Source: Cyanophora paradoxa CCMP329 (lineage: Eukaryota; Plantae; Glaucophyta). From it: a stretch of DNA of 50,305 nucleotides. The position numbers were made by a program, and so were the translations under genes. The notes beneath the pieces were generated by a model. The model was not told the origin of the DNA. It made no database searches and saw nothing but the letters and a program-made list of their open reading frames with translations. The stretch covers positions 1-50,305 of the forward strand of contig QPMI01000356.1 of the NCBI GenBank assembly GCA_004431415.1, given 5' to 3'. This document shows positions 12,908 to 24,541 of the stretch, in pieces; position 1 is the stretch's first letter, and the number at the start of each line of letters is the position of its first letter.

Positions 12908-14581
12908 TCAGAAGAGGAAGGGGACGAAGGCGGCGACGCGGGAGCGGTACTCCCCATACTGCCCCCCCGCCCCCCCCATGGCCGGGTCAGCATCAATCTC
13001 CGGGAGAGGCCTAGGACGGAAGAGAGGGGCGGGCGCACGGCCGGCCCGAACTTGCGCTCCAGCTTCACGTCCTCCAGCCGGTGCCCTGCCCAGCGCACGT
13101 CAACTCCAACGATCGCGAGCTTGGGGAGGGCCTCGAGGAGGCCCCGGGCGGGGCCCGGGGCACCCCAGGCGATGTAGGCGGTGGCGGAGAGGAGGAAGAA
13201 GAGGCGGCCGTACGTCATCGCCGGCTCCAGCGCCATCTGCCGCGCGCAGAGACCGGGGCCGCGCTCGCGTCGGGTGGGGACCGGAGGCCCCTAAGAGGCC
13301 AGGCCTAGGGCGAGGGGCCGCGATCCGGCCGCGGGGGCCTGACGCCAGCGCCGGGCCAGCGATCGACCGGAACGCGCCTGGAGGAGCATGAGGGAGTACA
13401 TCGGGTGCCTGTAGACCAAAAGAAGGACGGCCCCGGTCAGGCCTCGGTCAGCCCTCGGCCATGAGCTCGGGGCCAGGCCTAGCCCACGCGGTAGAAAGGT
13501 TTGAAATTGCAATTGCACCGGACGAAGCGGAAGAAGCCCGAGGTGATGAGCGAGCGATCGCGGCGCGCCCCGCGGCCCTCGCACATCCCCATCTCGTCCT
13601 GCACGAAGGATTTGATCAGATCAAGCATGCGCATTTCGGAATATTAGATCGCACCTCAGCCTCTTCGGCCGTGAGGAAGAGGCAGGTCGTACCAAAGATC
13701 TCGAGCGGGTCGAAGTGCAGCATGTGGATCTGATCATGAGCAGCGAAATTTGAATGAAGCGGTGCGCGAAATTCGATTCACGAGCTGGCGCGCGGACCGC
13801 GAGGAGCACGATGGCCGTCGTCTTAGCAGCCTCGATGGCGACGGTCGCGGCGGGGCTTTCGCGGAAGTCCCAGAGCGCCCCGGGGCACGAGGCCCAGCAC
13901 GAAGCGACGGTCATCAACTCCACGTTGGAGACTGCAGCAAAGAGGGTCGGGATGACTTGCGGCGGCACGAAGCGCCGCGCGAAAGTCTTCCCGGTGATCT
14001 GCGCCGGATAAAACAGGAATTCGAGTTGAATTCGCAGGAATTTTGCAGCATCTGAGCTGTGCCAGGCTGCAGATTTAATTCGATGCGCATGCACTTCGAT
14101 CCAAACGCACCGAAGCCATGGCCGAGTGCAAGCTGCCGAAGAGCATGAAGATCATGAAATCCCACGCGAAGGCGCCCCCGCAGCTCCACTTCTCGCTGTA
14201 TCTGCAAAGTCGAAGTGCGCGATTGGGATCAAATTCGATAGTCGAATTCGAATTCGGCCGCGCTGTGCGGTTTAAATTTGCGAAAGGGCCAAATCTAGAG
14301 CGCGATCGCGAAATGCGAGCGCACCCGACGCCGGTGCCGCGCGACATGCCCGCGGCGAGCTGCAGCATCTGAGAAGCGACGGGCAGTCGCGTCGACGGCC
14401 CCTGGAGCCCGGTGATCCACCCGAAGCTCCAGACGAACGGGAGTGCACTGAAAGCGATGTTAAAAGGCAGCCAGAACGAGAGTTCGAGGAGCGAGAGCTT
14501 CGTCTTGGCCGAGCGGGCCGCCTTCGAATTCGGCGCGCAGGTCGAGTCGCTCGAGCACACTGCTGTCGTAGATGCGGCCAT
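12908..14581 (-). CDS. Nurim / MddA (methanethiol S-methyltransferase)-like membrane methyltransferase, ICMT/PEMT superfamily
   Basis: Spliced: WDFMIFMLFGSLHSAMAS|...RRFVPPQVIPTLF...IHMLHFDPLEIFG...LITSGFFRF..RHPMYSLMLLQ|MALEPAMTYGRLFFLLSATAYIAW|GHRLEDVKLERKFGPA|YGEYRSRVAAFVPFLF*. The HSxMA, RHPxY and E-x7-FG-xx-Y-xx-Y motifs are characteristic. Confidence 0.75.
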
Positions 14582-15014
14582 TTTAGGGCGTGCGCGTGGC
14601 GAAAGGTTTTGAATTCAAGTCTGCGGCGTGCGAGTCCTTGAGCTCGCGATCGTTGCGAGTTGCGAGTAATTATTTTGGGGTCTCGAGCTCGACTCTAGAT
14701 CGATATCTAGATCTAGATCTCGAGCTCTCTAGAAAACTCCCTCGAGCTCGATGTATAAAAAGGCCGAGCTGCCTCGCCTGGCCGCATTCTTCGCCCATCG
14801 CGAGAAAGGTGATCTTTGCTTCCCACCCCCGCGCTGAAGCTGGGATCTAGATCTAAGCGGTAGTCCGCCGGTCCTCGCAGGTCAACACAGCAAAGCTGCG
14901 ACGGCCGCCTCCGCGCGGCCGGGCGCGGCGTGTTCTGGTTCGCTTCGCCCTTAAGCCCGTAGCTATAGGGTAAGTAGACCTAGGTTTCGATCTCGAGCTT
15001 CGGTATTCGATTTC

Positions 15015-15130
15015 GATTTTCGACGTCACTTGCCTATCTGTCTGAGCCCTTACGATTCGACCGGCGGCCCACTGCTAGCCAAACAGCTACTAGGGCTAGT
15101 CCAAATGTCGTTGGTCGTGTCTGAAATGCA
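15015..15130 (+). mobile_element. 116-bp dispersed structured element, copy 1 (intergenic)
   Basis: 113/116 identical to the reverse complement of 43072-43187. Flanks are unrelated. Confidence 0.85.
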
Positions 15131-15501
15131 AGTCCTTGATCGCAAGCTCGAATTCACATTCCTCTCTTCGCGAAAAGCCACGTGCAAATGAAATGGGGGA
15201 TCTAGATTTGCGCGAAATACTATATGATATCGATATGCGTCGACGTCGGGTACCGGTCGAGGTCGACGTCGCATCGGATCCCCCTCTAGATCTTCTCCCT
15301 TCGAAAAGTTCCTCTGGATCTATAGAAAGGCCTTTCGCCAGGCGCGATGGTCGAGAGCAGAGGCGCCGACCCTTTCTAGATCGAGATCGCCTCTTCCGAA
15401 TCGAGATGCGACCCAGACAAATCGATCTCACACTCTCTGCCCCAGATATAGCCTGTATTGCCTTGGAACAGGAGGGGAGGGCCTCCGTCGCGGCCTGGCG
15501 A

Positions 15502-18500
15502 TCACCGCTTCTTCTTGCCGCCGCCGGCCTCGCGCTGCGCCTGCTTGAGGGCCGCCTGCTGCGCCATGTACGCCGCGTACTGGCCGTCGTCGTGATCAGG
15601 GGGTACCAGGGCGGCGCCCTCTGGGGGTACGGGCTCACCTCCGGGGCGAGGGCGTGCCCCGTGACCTTTATGTGCTGGAACATCTTGTTCCGCGAGGGGA
15701 AGGTTTGCCTGCGCGCCCCCGGGGAAAGTAAGAAGAGGAGGGCGGGGGGAAGGACGAGGGAGGGCGTGGGCGCGCCTGCACTTGTTGCAGACCCACTCGG
15801 AGGCCTCGTCGTCGCTGTCTCCGCCCTTCCCCTTCTTCCCCTTCTTGCCCTTGCCCTGGGGCGGCGCCGCCGGGACCGGGGCCGCCGCGGCCGGGGCCGG
15901 GGCCGGGGAGCGGCCCTTGGCCTGCGGCTGCGCCTGGCCCTGGGCCTTGCCCTTGCCCTTCCCCTTGCCCCGCTTGCTCGGCGTCGCCTCCTCGTCGTCC
16001 CCAGCCGGGGCCGGGGCCGGGGCCGGGGCGGAGGGGCCCGGGGCGACCTCCTCGTCCTCGGCCCCCGTAGACTCCTCCCCCGCCTCCTCGCTCGACTCCG
16101 CCTGCCGCTGCGCCGGTTCGAGTCCGGGGCGGGCCCCCGGGGGAGGGGGGGCGGGGCTCGCCTGGGCGCGGGCGGCCTGCTTGGCGGCGGCCTTCTTCTG
16201 GGCCTTCTGCTGCGCCTTGAGCTGCTGGCGGCGGCTCATGAAGTGCGCCGCGAACGCCGCGTCGTCGTCCCCGCCCTGCCGGCGGGGGCGGCGGCGGTGA
16301 GGCGCCGGCGCGCGCCGCCGGGCGAGGGCGCGGCGAGCGGTGAAGTGCGAGGCGAGCTAGGCGCCCTAAGCGAGCTTGGAAGAAGAGAGAGGACGCTGGA
16401 GGCCTTTCGAGGTCTAGCGGGGGCGGGGTGGGGCGGGGCGGGGTGGCTCACGTCCTCTCCTTCCTCCTCCTCCTCCTCCTCCTCGCCCTCGCTCCCGATG
16501 GCTGCCTTCGCGAGCTTGGCCCGCGCCTCCGCCACCACCTCCTCCTCCTCCTCCTCCTCCTCGTCCTCGTCCTCGTCGTCGCTCTCCTCGTCCTCCTCCG
16601 ATTCCTGCGGGGAGATCGGCCGGCGCGCGGTTGGCGGCCCGGCCGTGCTCCCCGCGTACCTCCTCCTCCGACTCCTCCTCGCTCTCCACAGCCGCCGGCG
16701 GCCGGCGCTGCGGTCCCTTGCCGCCCTGCGGCCCCCGCGGGGGCGGCCCCTTGCCCTTGCCTGCAGGCTTCTCCTCTTCCTCCTCCTCCTCCTGGCGCCG
16801 GCTCAGCGCGCAGAGGCCTCCCCCGGGGCGGGCGAGGGCGCACCTCCGCAGAGTCCTCCTCGCTCTCCACCCGCGCGGCCCTCGCCGCGGCGCCCCGCGC
16901 CCGCGCCCGCGCCCCCGCTGCCGCCGCCGCCTCCACCTGCGGTCTTTGGAGTAAGGAAAGCGCCCGCGGGAGTCTCCGGGGCCGGCGAGCGGGCCTCGAT
17001 CTCGTCGGCGCCCTCTTCGGAGGAGGAGGCCCCCGCGCCCTCCGCCTCGTCGCTGTCCAGCGCCACCTCGCGCCGCAGCTGCCCCGGCCCCCGCTCGCCT
17101 CCGGGGTGCGCGTGCGCGGGGGCGGGGGGGCGGGGGGCGGGACCTGCTCGACGCGCTTGACGTGCTGCTTGGACTTCTCGTGGTTCTTCCACTGCTTGTC
17201 CGACTTGAAGCGCTTCCGGCACGCCACGCAGTAGAACTCGTCCGGCTGCCCCGCCCCGTCACGCGGCGCCCCGGCACGGCGCCGGCGACAGCGGGCAGCG
17301 CGCACCTCGTCGTCGTCCTCCTCCTCGCTCTCCTCCTCGTCCGAGTAGCGCGGCGTCCCCTCCTCCTCCTCCTGCTGCGCCGCCCCCGAGACGTTGGGGG
17401 GGCGGGGGAGGGGGCGGTGCGGAGTCCGGGGCACCCGCAGCTCGGCGAGGCGCTCGGCCTGCAGGCGCCTCATCCGCTCCTGCCGCTCCCGCTCCGCCTG
17501 CGCCCCCGCGTCACGCGTGGCTCCCGCGCGCGGGGCGGGGGGCGCGGGCGGGCCTCCTCGCGGCGGGCCTTCTCGGCGGCGAGCTTCTCCTCGCGCTCGC
17601 GCTTCTTCTCCAGCTGGTACTTCATCCACCGCGGGTCCCGCTGCGCCCCGCCGCGTCTGCCGGGCACGGGCGCGGCGGGGCGCGGGCCGGGGGCGCGGCG
17701 CCGGTCACCTTGCGGACGAACTCGACGAGCTCGCGGACGCTCTCGTTGAAGACGCGGCGCTCCTTGTCCCGCTGCGGCGGCCCGGGCCCCGGCGTGGGCG
17801 GGCGCGGGCAGGGCGCGGGGCACAGGGGCACCTCCTTCTTGTTCTCCTTCTCCATGGCGCGGCGGTACTGGCGGTTGGGGGCCTGCGGGGGCGCGTGGGC
17901 GGGGGGAGGTGCGGGCGGGGGCGGGCGGGGGGCGCACGGTGGCGACGTTGTAGGCGTCGCACCAGGCGAAGGACTTGCACGAGCTGAACGCGCTCCAGTG
18001 GTTGTAGAAGGCGTTCACCTGCCGCCCCCCGCCCCGCCCGTGAGGAAGGCCAGGGGGGCGAGACGGGGGGGGGTGGGGGGGGGGGATTGGACCTCGGGGA
18101 AGTCGGAGGTGGACTTGCCGAAGGGCGGGGCGGCGCGGTGGGCGCCCCGCTCGGCGGCCGCCCCCTCCTCCTCGTCGAGCGTCTGAAACACGCGCGCGTA
18201 GACCTGGTAGAAGCCCTGCGGGGGCGTCGCACCCGGAGGCGGCGGCGGCGGGCGGGGGGGCGGGGGGGACCTTGGGCCCGTCCCCGAAGTCGTCGTAGGC
18301 GGAGGAGCGGAAGAACTCCCACAGGCGGACCTTCGTGTCCTCGCCCGTGTGCCCGCCCTCCTCCACGTCGTCTGAAGCCGCCAGAGACCGCCGTCAGGGG
18401 CCGCGCCAGTCGAGGGGGAGCGCGGGGCGGGCCGGCGCACCGCCGCGGAGGATGGCGTCGCGGTGGCTGTCGTACCACGAGCGCTCGTGCGGGTCGCTCA

Positions 18501-18816
18501 GCACCGAGTACCTGCGCGCCGCCCGTCGGCGCGCCGCCGGCGGCGGCTCATGTGAGGCCGGCGAGGGCGCACGCGTGCTGAATCTCCTTGAAGCGGTGGT
18601 GCGCCTCGTCGCTGTTCTCCGGGTTCTTGTCTGCATGGGCAGCGATGTTAGCTCAGCCGCCCGCGGGCTCCGTGCGCCTCGCGGGGCCCGGCGGCGGCGA
18701 TCGAGCGCACCGGGGTGCCAGCGGAGGGACAGCTTCTTGTAGGCGGTGCGGATCTCGTCGTTTGAGGCCTGCCTGCCGACCTCCAGGACCTCGTAGAGGC
18801 ATCGCTCCGGCGCCAT
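15502..18816 (-). CDS. DNAJC21: DnaJ/Hsp40 with C2H2 zinc fingers, DNAJC21/Jjj1 ortholog
   Basis: J domain MAPERCLYEVLEV...LRWHP|DKNP...YSVLSDPHERSWYDSHRDAILRG. Also FYNHWSAFSSCKSFAWCDAY, APNRQYRRAMEKENKK and VRELVEFVRK|RDPR. Zinc fingers FYCVACRKRFKSDKQWKNHEKSKQH and WVCNKC|RQTFPSRNKMFQHIKVTGHA. Confidence 0.92.
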
Positions 18817-19225
18817 CTCGACCGGCGCTCAAAACTCCGATGGGATTGACTGGCGTCGCTCTTTAGGCTTGCCCGGACCCGTAGATGCGCGGCGAAGCGC
18901 GCGGCGCGCGAGATGCGGCCGATTCCAGGCGGCGCGCGGATCGGGACCTCGGAAGAGCCGAACCGCGGACTTGCACGACTCGGTCAGAGCAAACGCGGGC
19001 GGTCGCGGGCACGTCGCGGCCGTCTCCCCGCGCGCTGAGCGCTTTTTTGGAGGTCCGGGCGTCGATCAGAAGCGCAGCTAACAGCCGGGTGCCGGGACGG
19101 CGCGGCACGCGCGCCGTCCCGCGGGCCGAAAGGCGTGCAAGCGGGCGAGCGGCGGCCAGCAACACAGAGCGCCAGCGGTTTCAGCAGTGCGAGGTGGCGG
19201 CGCCGGCTCGGGACGGCGCGGCACG

Positions 19226-19953
19226 ATGAAGAACTTGTACAGCATCCTCGGCGTTCCGAGCAGCGCCTCGGCAGACGAGATTCGGCGCGCGTACCTGAAA
19301 CTCGCCAAGGAACACCACCCGGATCTAAACGGCGGCTGCGAGAAGGCAGAGGAGCGCTTCAAGCGCGTGCAAGAAGCGTACGAGGTGCTCGGCGACGCAA
19401 GGAAACGCGCCAACTACGACGGCGCCGGCTCCGGCAGCGCCGGTTTCGGCAGCGGCGGCCAATCGTCGTACGCTGGCGGCGCAGGGGCGCACCGGTCGCA
19501 GCACTCCCACTCGCGCCACCAGTACTACGAAGAGGGCGACGCGTACTCCGAGTCCTTCCGCAGGCGCGCCGGGCCAGCGCTGCTCTTCGCTCGGCAGCTC
19601 ACGCGGGGACAGGTCGCAGAGGCCGTGGCGCAGCTCCGGGGGATTTTGGAGCGGGGGCGGGCCCCGCATCAGCGGGCCGCAGATGGCGGCGGGCGGGGCG
19701 GCCGTTCTCGCGCTGCTCCTCGTGGCGGGGGGGCTCTCCGCGGGGGTAGACGCCCTCTGGGAGCGCAACAACGCCGGCGTGCGCCCTTCCGAGCCTCCCT
19801 GTACCCCCGCGCCGTTCTTCCCTCGACCCCCCCTCGCAGAAGCTGTACAAGCCCGCCGCTCGTGCGACGCCCCCGCCCCGGCCCGCACCGCCCCCCGACA
19901 CCCCCGCCGCCCCCGACCAAGTCTCGGCGCCCTCCCCAGCTCCTCGCTCGTGA
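19226..19953 (+). CDS. Small J-domain protein with C-terminal hydrophobic segment (plant dnaJ72-like)
   Basis: MKNLYSILGVPSSASADEIRRAYLKLAKEHHPDLN...FKRVQEAYEVLGDARKRANYD, then AAVLALLLVAGGLSAGVDALWERNNAG|KLYKPAA|PPRS*. May extend upstream. Confidence 0.85.
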
Positions 19954-20112
19954 GGGCACTCCCTTGTCCATATCCGCGCCGCATCTGTACAGCGCTGCCC
20001 CTGTACGCTGCACTGGAGACCTCATGCCTCTCGCTGTAAATCTGCATATGTTGCAGCTAACTACATGAAACTAAGAGAACAAAGCTAGACTGAAACCTGT
20101 AAACAAACGGAA

Positions 20113-22667
20113 TTAGAAGAAAAGGCGGCTGCACAGTCTACTCCAAGAGACTGGCGGGGGCGGCAGGGGCGGGGGCGGGTGCTTGGGCGGGAGGGGGCGG
20201 GGCGCCCAGGGGCGGGGCGGGATGCGGGCTGGGGCGGGGGTGGCGGGGCCGGGGCGGGGGAGCGGGTGCAAGTTCGCGAAGGGGGACGGGCTCGCCGGTG
20301 GCCGCGCCGGCCGCCGGGGAGGCCCCGGGAGCGATGCGAGGCGGCGGCGGCGCTCGGATATCACGTAGTGCGCGCCGCCGGCCTGCCCGGGCGAGGCGGC
20401 GCCCTCAGCGGCTCAGGCGGGGGGGGGGGGGGGGGGGGGGGGGGCGGACCGCTGCGGCGACGCAGAAGGCGACGAGGGAGAGGGGGGCGCCCCGGTCCAC
20501 GAAGCGGGCGGCCGGCGAGGCGTACCCCTCCGGGTCCGCCTTGGCCAGGCCCACCCGCAGGTTCTCCCTGTCGAAGACCGCGTAGTAGGCCCTGCCGCGC
20601 GTGAGGCGAGACGGGGCGCAAGGCGGAGGCGGTGCTGGCGCGGTACCGAAGGAAGACGTCGCCCAGGATCCAAACGCTGGGGCTGCGTGACACGGACGAG
20701 TCAAGGACGGGATTGGGGGGAGGGCGGGGGGAGAAGGGGCGGGGCCGTACTTGATTTCCTGGGTGCCGAGGGCGAGAGTGCAGACGGGCCGGCCGCCCTC
20801 CTCTGCGACCTGGGCCCCGCCCCGCCCCCTCGCATCGGGGGCGGGGTCGTGGGGGTGCGGGACGGGCGGGCACCTGGACCACGAATTCCTCCGGCGAGAG
20901 GGAGAACGGTACCCCCGCTTCCCCCAGCGCGAAGGTGATGGCGGGGACCCTTGGCGCGGGGGAACGAATTCAGCGTGGGGGGCGGAGGGGAGGGGGCGGG
21001 GGGAATCGAGGGCGGGCACTTGTCGAGGTCGCGGCAGTCCCAGCGGGGCCCCGCCATGGAGGCCGAGGGCGGGCCCCCCGGCGCCGCCCGCTCGCTCTTC
21101 GGCGGGGGTGAGAGGGGCCGCGGGGGGCGCGCAAGGGGGCGGGCGGGCCTGGAGGAGGCGGACGCCGGAGAGGAGGCGGGCGGCGAGGGCGCGCACGGCC
21201 TCGGGGGGCCCCACCAGCAGCGAGCTCCCCGTGTCCAGGATCGCCCCGCACCCGCCCCGCCCCCCGCCCCCAGCCCCCCGGCACAAGGGCAGCGCGCTCG
21301 CCCCCGCCGCGATCCCCGCCAGCCGCACCCGCCAGTAGCTCTCCCTGCGGTGCTCCCCGCTCGGCCCCGGAGGAACAAGCGCTGAGAGCCGCGTACCCCA
21401 TGATGGGGAGGAAGGTGTACTCGTAACGCGGGTCCCGCCCCCCCAGGATGAGGGCGCTCTCCCCGGACCTGCCCGGCCCGTTGGCCGGCGCGCGGAGGAG
21501 GGGAGGGAGGGGGGGAAACGGGGGACGGGGAGGGGTACCGGCTCGGATCGCGCCCCAGGTAGAACGAGAACTCGTTCGCGGGGAGGGCGCCCTGGGGCGC
21601 GCGCACGTCAGGGGGAGGAGGAAGGAAGCGGGGGGTACGGGAGGCGCCTGGGACATGAGCGCGTCGAAGAGGGGGTACAGGCCGTCCTCGGAGAGGGAGG
21701 GGAAAGCAAGGCCCACGATCCCGTCCGCCGGCGTCTCCTGCCGGGGGTACGCTCGGTCACGGGGGGGAAGTTGAGGAGAGGGAGGGGGTACGGGCGCGCC
21801 GAGAAGACGGCCTCGTCCTCACTGACGGCCTCCCCGAAGGCCACGTCCCGTGCCACGAGCCCCGCCACCCGCACCGTGTCCCGGCCCACGTACCCCTTCA
21901 TGCTCCCGGAGCCGTACTTGGGGAGGGGTACGCCGTGAGAAGGTGGCGGGGGGCGGCGCTCCCGGCCGCCGGGGTGCAGTTGCAATGCACGCACGTGGAT
22001 CTCGATGCCGGTGCCCACGAAGCTGTAGGTCTTGGAGAGGGACCCGTCGAAGCGCCTGTGCGAGCCGCACGAGGACTCGCAGCGGCGGGACGGGACCCTG
22101 AGAAGGGCGGCCGGTTGTGGCGCGGCTGCGGTTGCGGCGAGGGGCACGCGGGCGCCGCACCACAAGTTCGAGGACCTGCGCGAGCGCTCTCAGGAGGGCC
22201 TCGCGGAGGCTCGAGAGCGGCGGCGGCGGACCCGGTGTCGAAAACGCATGTGAAGAGCTGCTCGGGCTCGCCGATCGAAATCTCGCCCACGTACTCCGTC
22301 TGCGACGCCGGAGTCGGCGGTTTTGAAGCGCGGGGCTGCTCAAGCGGATCGAGGGTAAACTCACGTAGAAGTTCGTGAGCGGTAACCGCGCCGCCCCGGG
22401 CGAGGCCTCCGAACCGCCGCGGCCGAGCAAACGGCGGGCGCGAGCATCCGCGCTGATGGCCGGGAGTTGGTCGGCTGCGGCGCCGTCCTGCAATTTCACC
22501 AGCGCTGCTAGGTGCATCTTCACCGCGTCCGCGTTGAGCCGCTGCTCCCGCCGCAGCGCTATGACGCGGGCCGCACTTGGGCCAGGGCGACGCATAGGGG
22601 TGGCGCTGATCCACGCGGCGCAGCCCAGCACCAGCAGCAGCAGCGCCACCCCGAAGCCGCGGCCCAT
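20113..22667 (-). CDS. Pepsin-like (A1) aspartic protease with signal peptide and probable C-terminal membrane anchor
   Basis: Signal MGRGFGVALLLLVLGCAAW. Then LTNFY|TEYVGEISIGEPEQLFTCVFDTG|SSNLW, YGSGSMKG, DGIVGLAFPSLS, second catalytic AILDTGSSLLVGP, and WILGDVFLR|AYYAVFDRENLRVGLA. 3' end approximate. Confidence 0.92.
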
Positions 22668-22790
22668 CCGCCCAGTAACCGCGAAGCGCGAATCGATACA
22701 CCCTGTACCCCCAATACGAGCGACGCCGCGACGGCGCTGCGACGCTGCGACAGCAGCTGCGACACACTGGTGTAGGCGGGCTCAGCACGA

Positions 22791-24506
22791 ATGGCTCAGC
22801 AGCAGCAGGAGCGGGATCGAGGCGCGCGGGACCGCTTCGACCCGTACGCGCGGCCGTCTCCACCCCCGCGCGCCTCGCGGCCTCTACCTGGCGAGATTGC
22901 CGGATTGTCCGTCGGCGAAGCGCTGAATCAGATCCACCCGGCGATCGGCGATGGTCTGTTCAACAGCTACAAGCCCGAGAAGGTCGGCGCGCCAGCCTCT
23001 TCGCCGCTCGAGCTCTCTGTCGGCGGCGCCTAACTGGTGCGGTCGTTCAGGTGGCATCGTTCTCATCGCTTCTACGGCGCTCGGACGGCGCATACGTCGT
23101 CCAGGTCCCTGGCTCCTGTCCAAGCTTCAGCATGCCCGTCGCGAACGGCGCCCAGCCGTGGGACCTGCGCTCGATTGATTACCAGAAGCCGGTCAAGTGT
23201 TCCGACGCCGTGCGCGCGCCGCCCGCCCGCCTCCGCCCCACCCGCCCGCCGGCGCCCCGCCCGCCGCGCCCCCGCTGGGTGTCCCACGATTGCCCCTGCG
23301 CAGTTTAAGACGCATTCTCTGGATTCAATCCTGCTCGCTCTGGCCGCGTCTGGTGCCCCTCTCCCCGAGGGCGACGCAAGCGAGCCTCCCGTCGACTTCA
23401 TCTCGTACGACCCATCACGCCCGCCGCGCCGCCCCGCGCCCTGAGCGCGCGCGCAGCTTCCGGAACAACTTCAACAAGATATGCAAGACGCCGTACCAGC
23501 GCGGCCGGCAGGACGAGTGGCAGATCGCGATCCACCGCGTCGGCGGCGTCGGTGCCGAAGCCTGCTTTGCGTGTACCCCCTCCTTAAATTCACGCCCGCG
23601 CAGTGCACATGAACATCCTCGAGACGGGCGAGGAGCCTGCTGTGGACGTCGAGGCGTGGGGCTACCGCTTTGAGGGTACCCCTGGCTACCCCCGCGAAGC
23701 GCGCGGCAGCCGATTCTGGTCCGCCGCAGGCCTTAGCACCCGTCCGCCCGCGAACGTACCCCCCGAGCACGACCACCAGGAGTTCTGCATCGTGGTGCGT
23801 ACCCCTCCAACAATGCTTTCCCCGCCTCAGAAATCTACCAGGTCCGCTCGGAGCTGGGCCCGTACCGCCTGTACCTTGGCGCGGAGATCGACTGCTATCG
23901 TACCCTGCCCAGCCAGCGCGACGCGCCCGCCGCCCCCGCGCAGGGTACGCCGCCGTTTCCGTTGGCCCTCTCGCCGGCCCCGCGGGGCGCCGACGCGGGG
24001 CGGGTGCAGAAGGGCCGGCGGGGGCCGGGGAGGGGGCCGGGGCCCTCCGAGTCCCCGCCTTCGAGGGGGCGCACCAGAGCGTGGCCCTGGGGGGCGACCC
24101 CCCCGGGGCCCACGGCCTGGCGGGGTACGTCGAGCTCAAGTCCAGCATGGGCCCCGTCGACCTCTCCCGCCCCCACAGGCGCGCCCCCGCCTCCGCGCCC
24201 CGGCAAATCATACAAGAATATGATGATTACTGCTAAGATGCTATTGTCTCATCTAAGATCGCCAAGAAGAGGTCAACACATCCTATTTTTTACCCAAACC
24301 CTCCTTCCTCATTTATGTTAACATAACTTTCCTTCTGAGCATCTCTGTTGCCGCGCCATGTGACTGCGCGCAGCCTGCGGTACATGCGCTGGTGGGTCCA
24401 GTCCTTCCTCGCCGGCGTCCCCGCCCTCTTCTGCGGCGTCCACCGCGACGGCATCATGTACCCCTCCGGCCTCTCCCGCCTCCTCGTGTGCTCCCTCCCC
24501 TCCCCC

Positions 24507-24541
<35 letters not shown>

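Noticed and set aside
10568-14581. Two methyltransferases as a biosynthetic gene cluster
   Set aside because: Only adjacency supports it, and the neighbours are unrelated housekeeping genes.
15058-15117. Hairpin as a SECIS element
   Set aside because: It has apical AAA but lacks the UGAN/NGAN quartet, and no neighbouring gene needs Sec.
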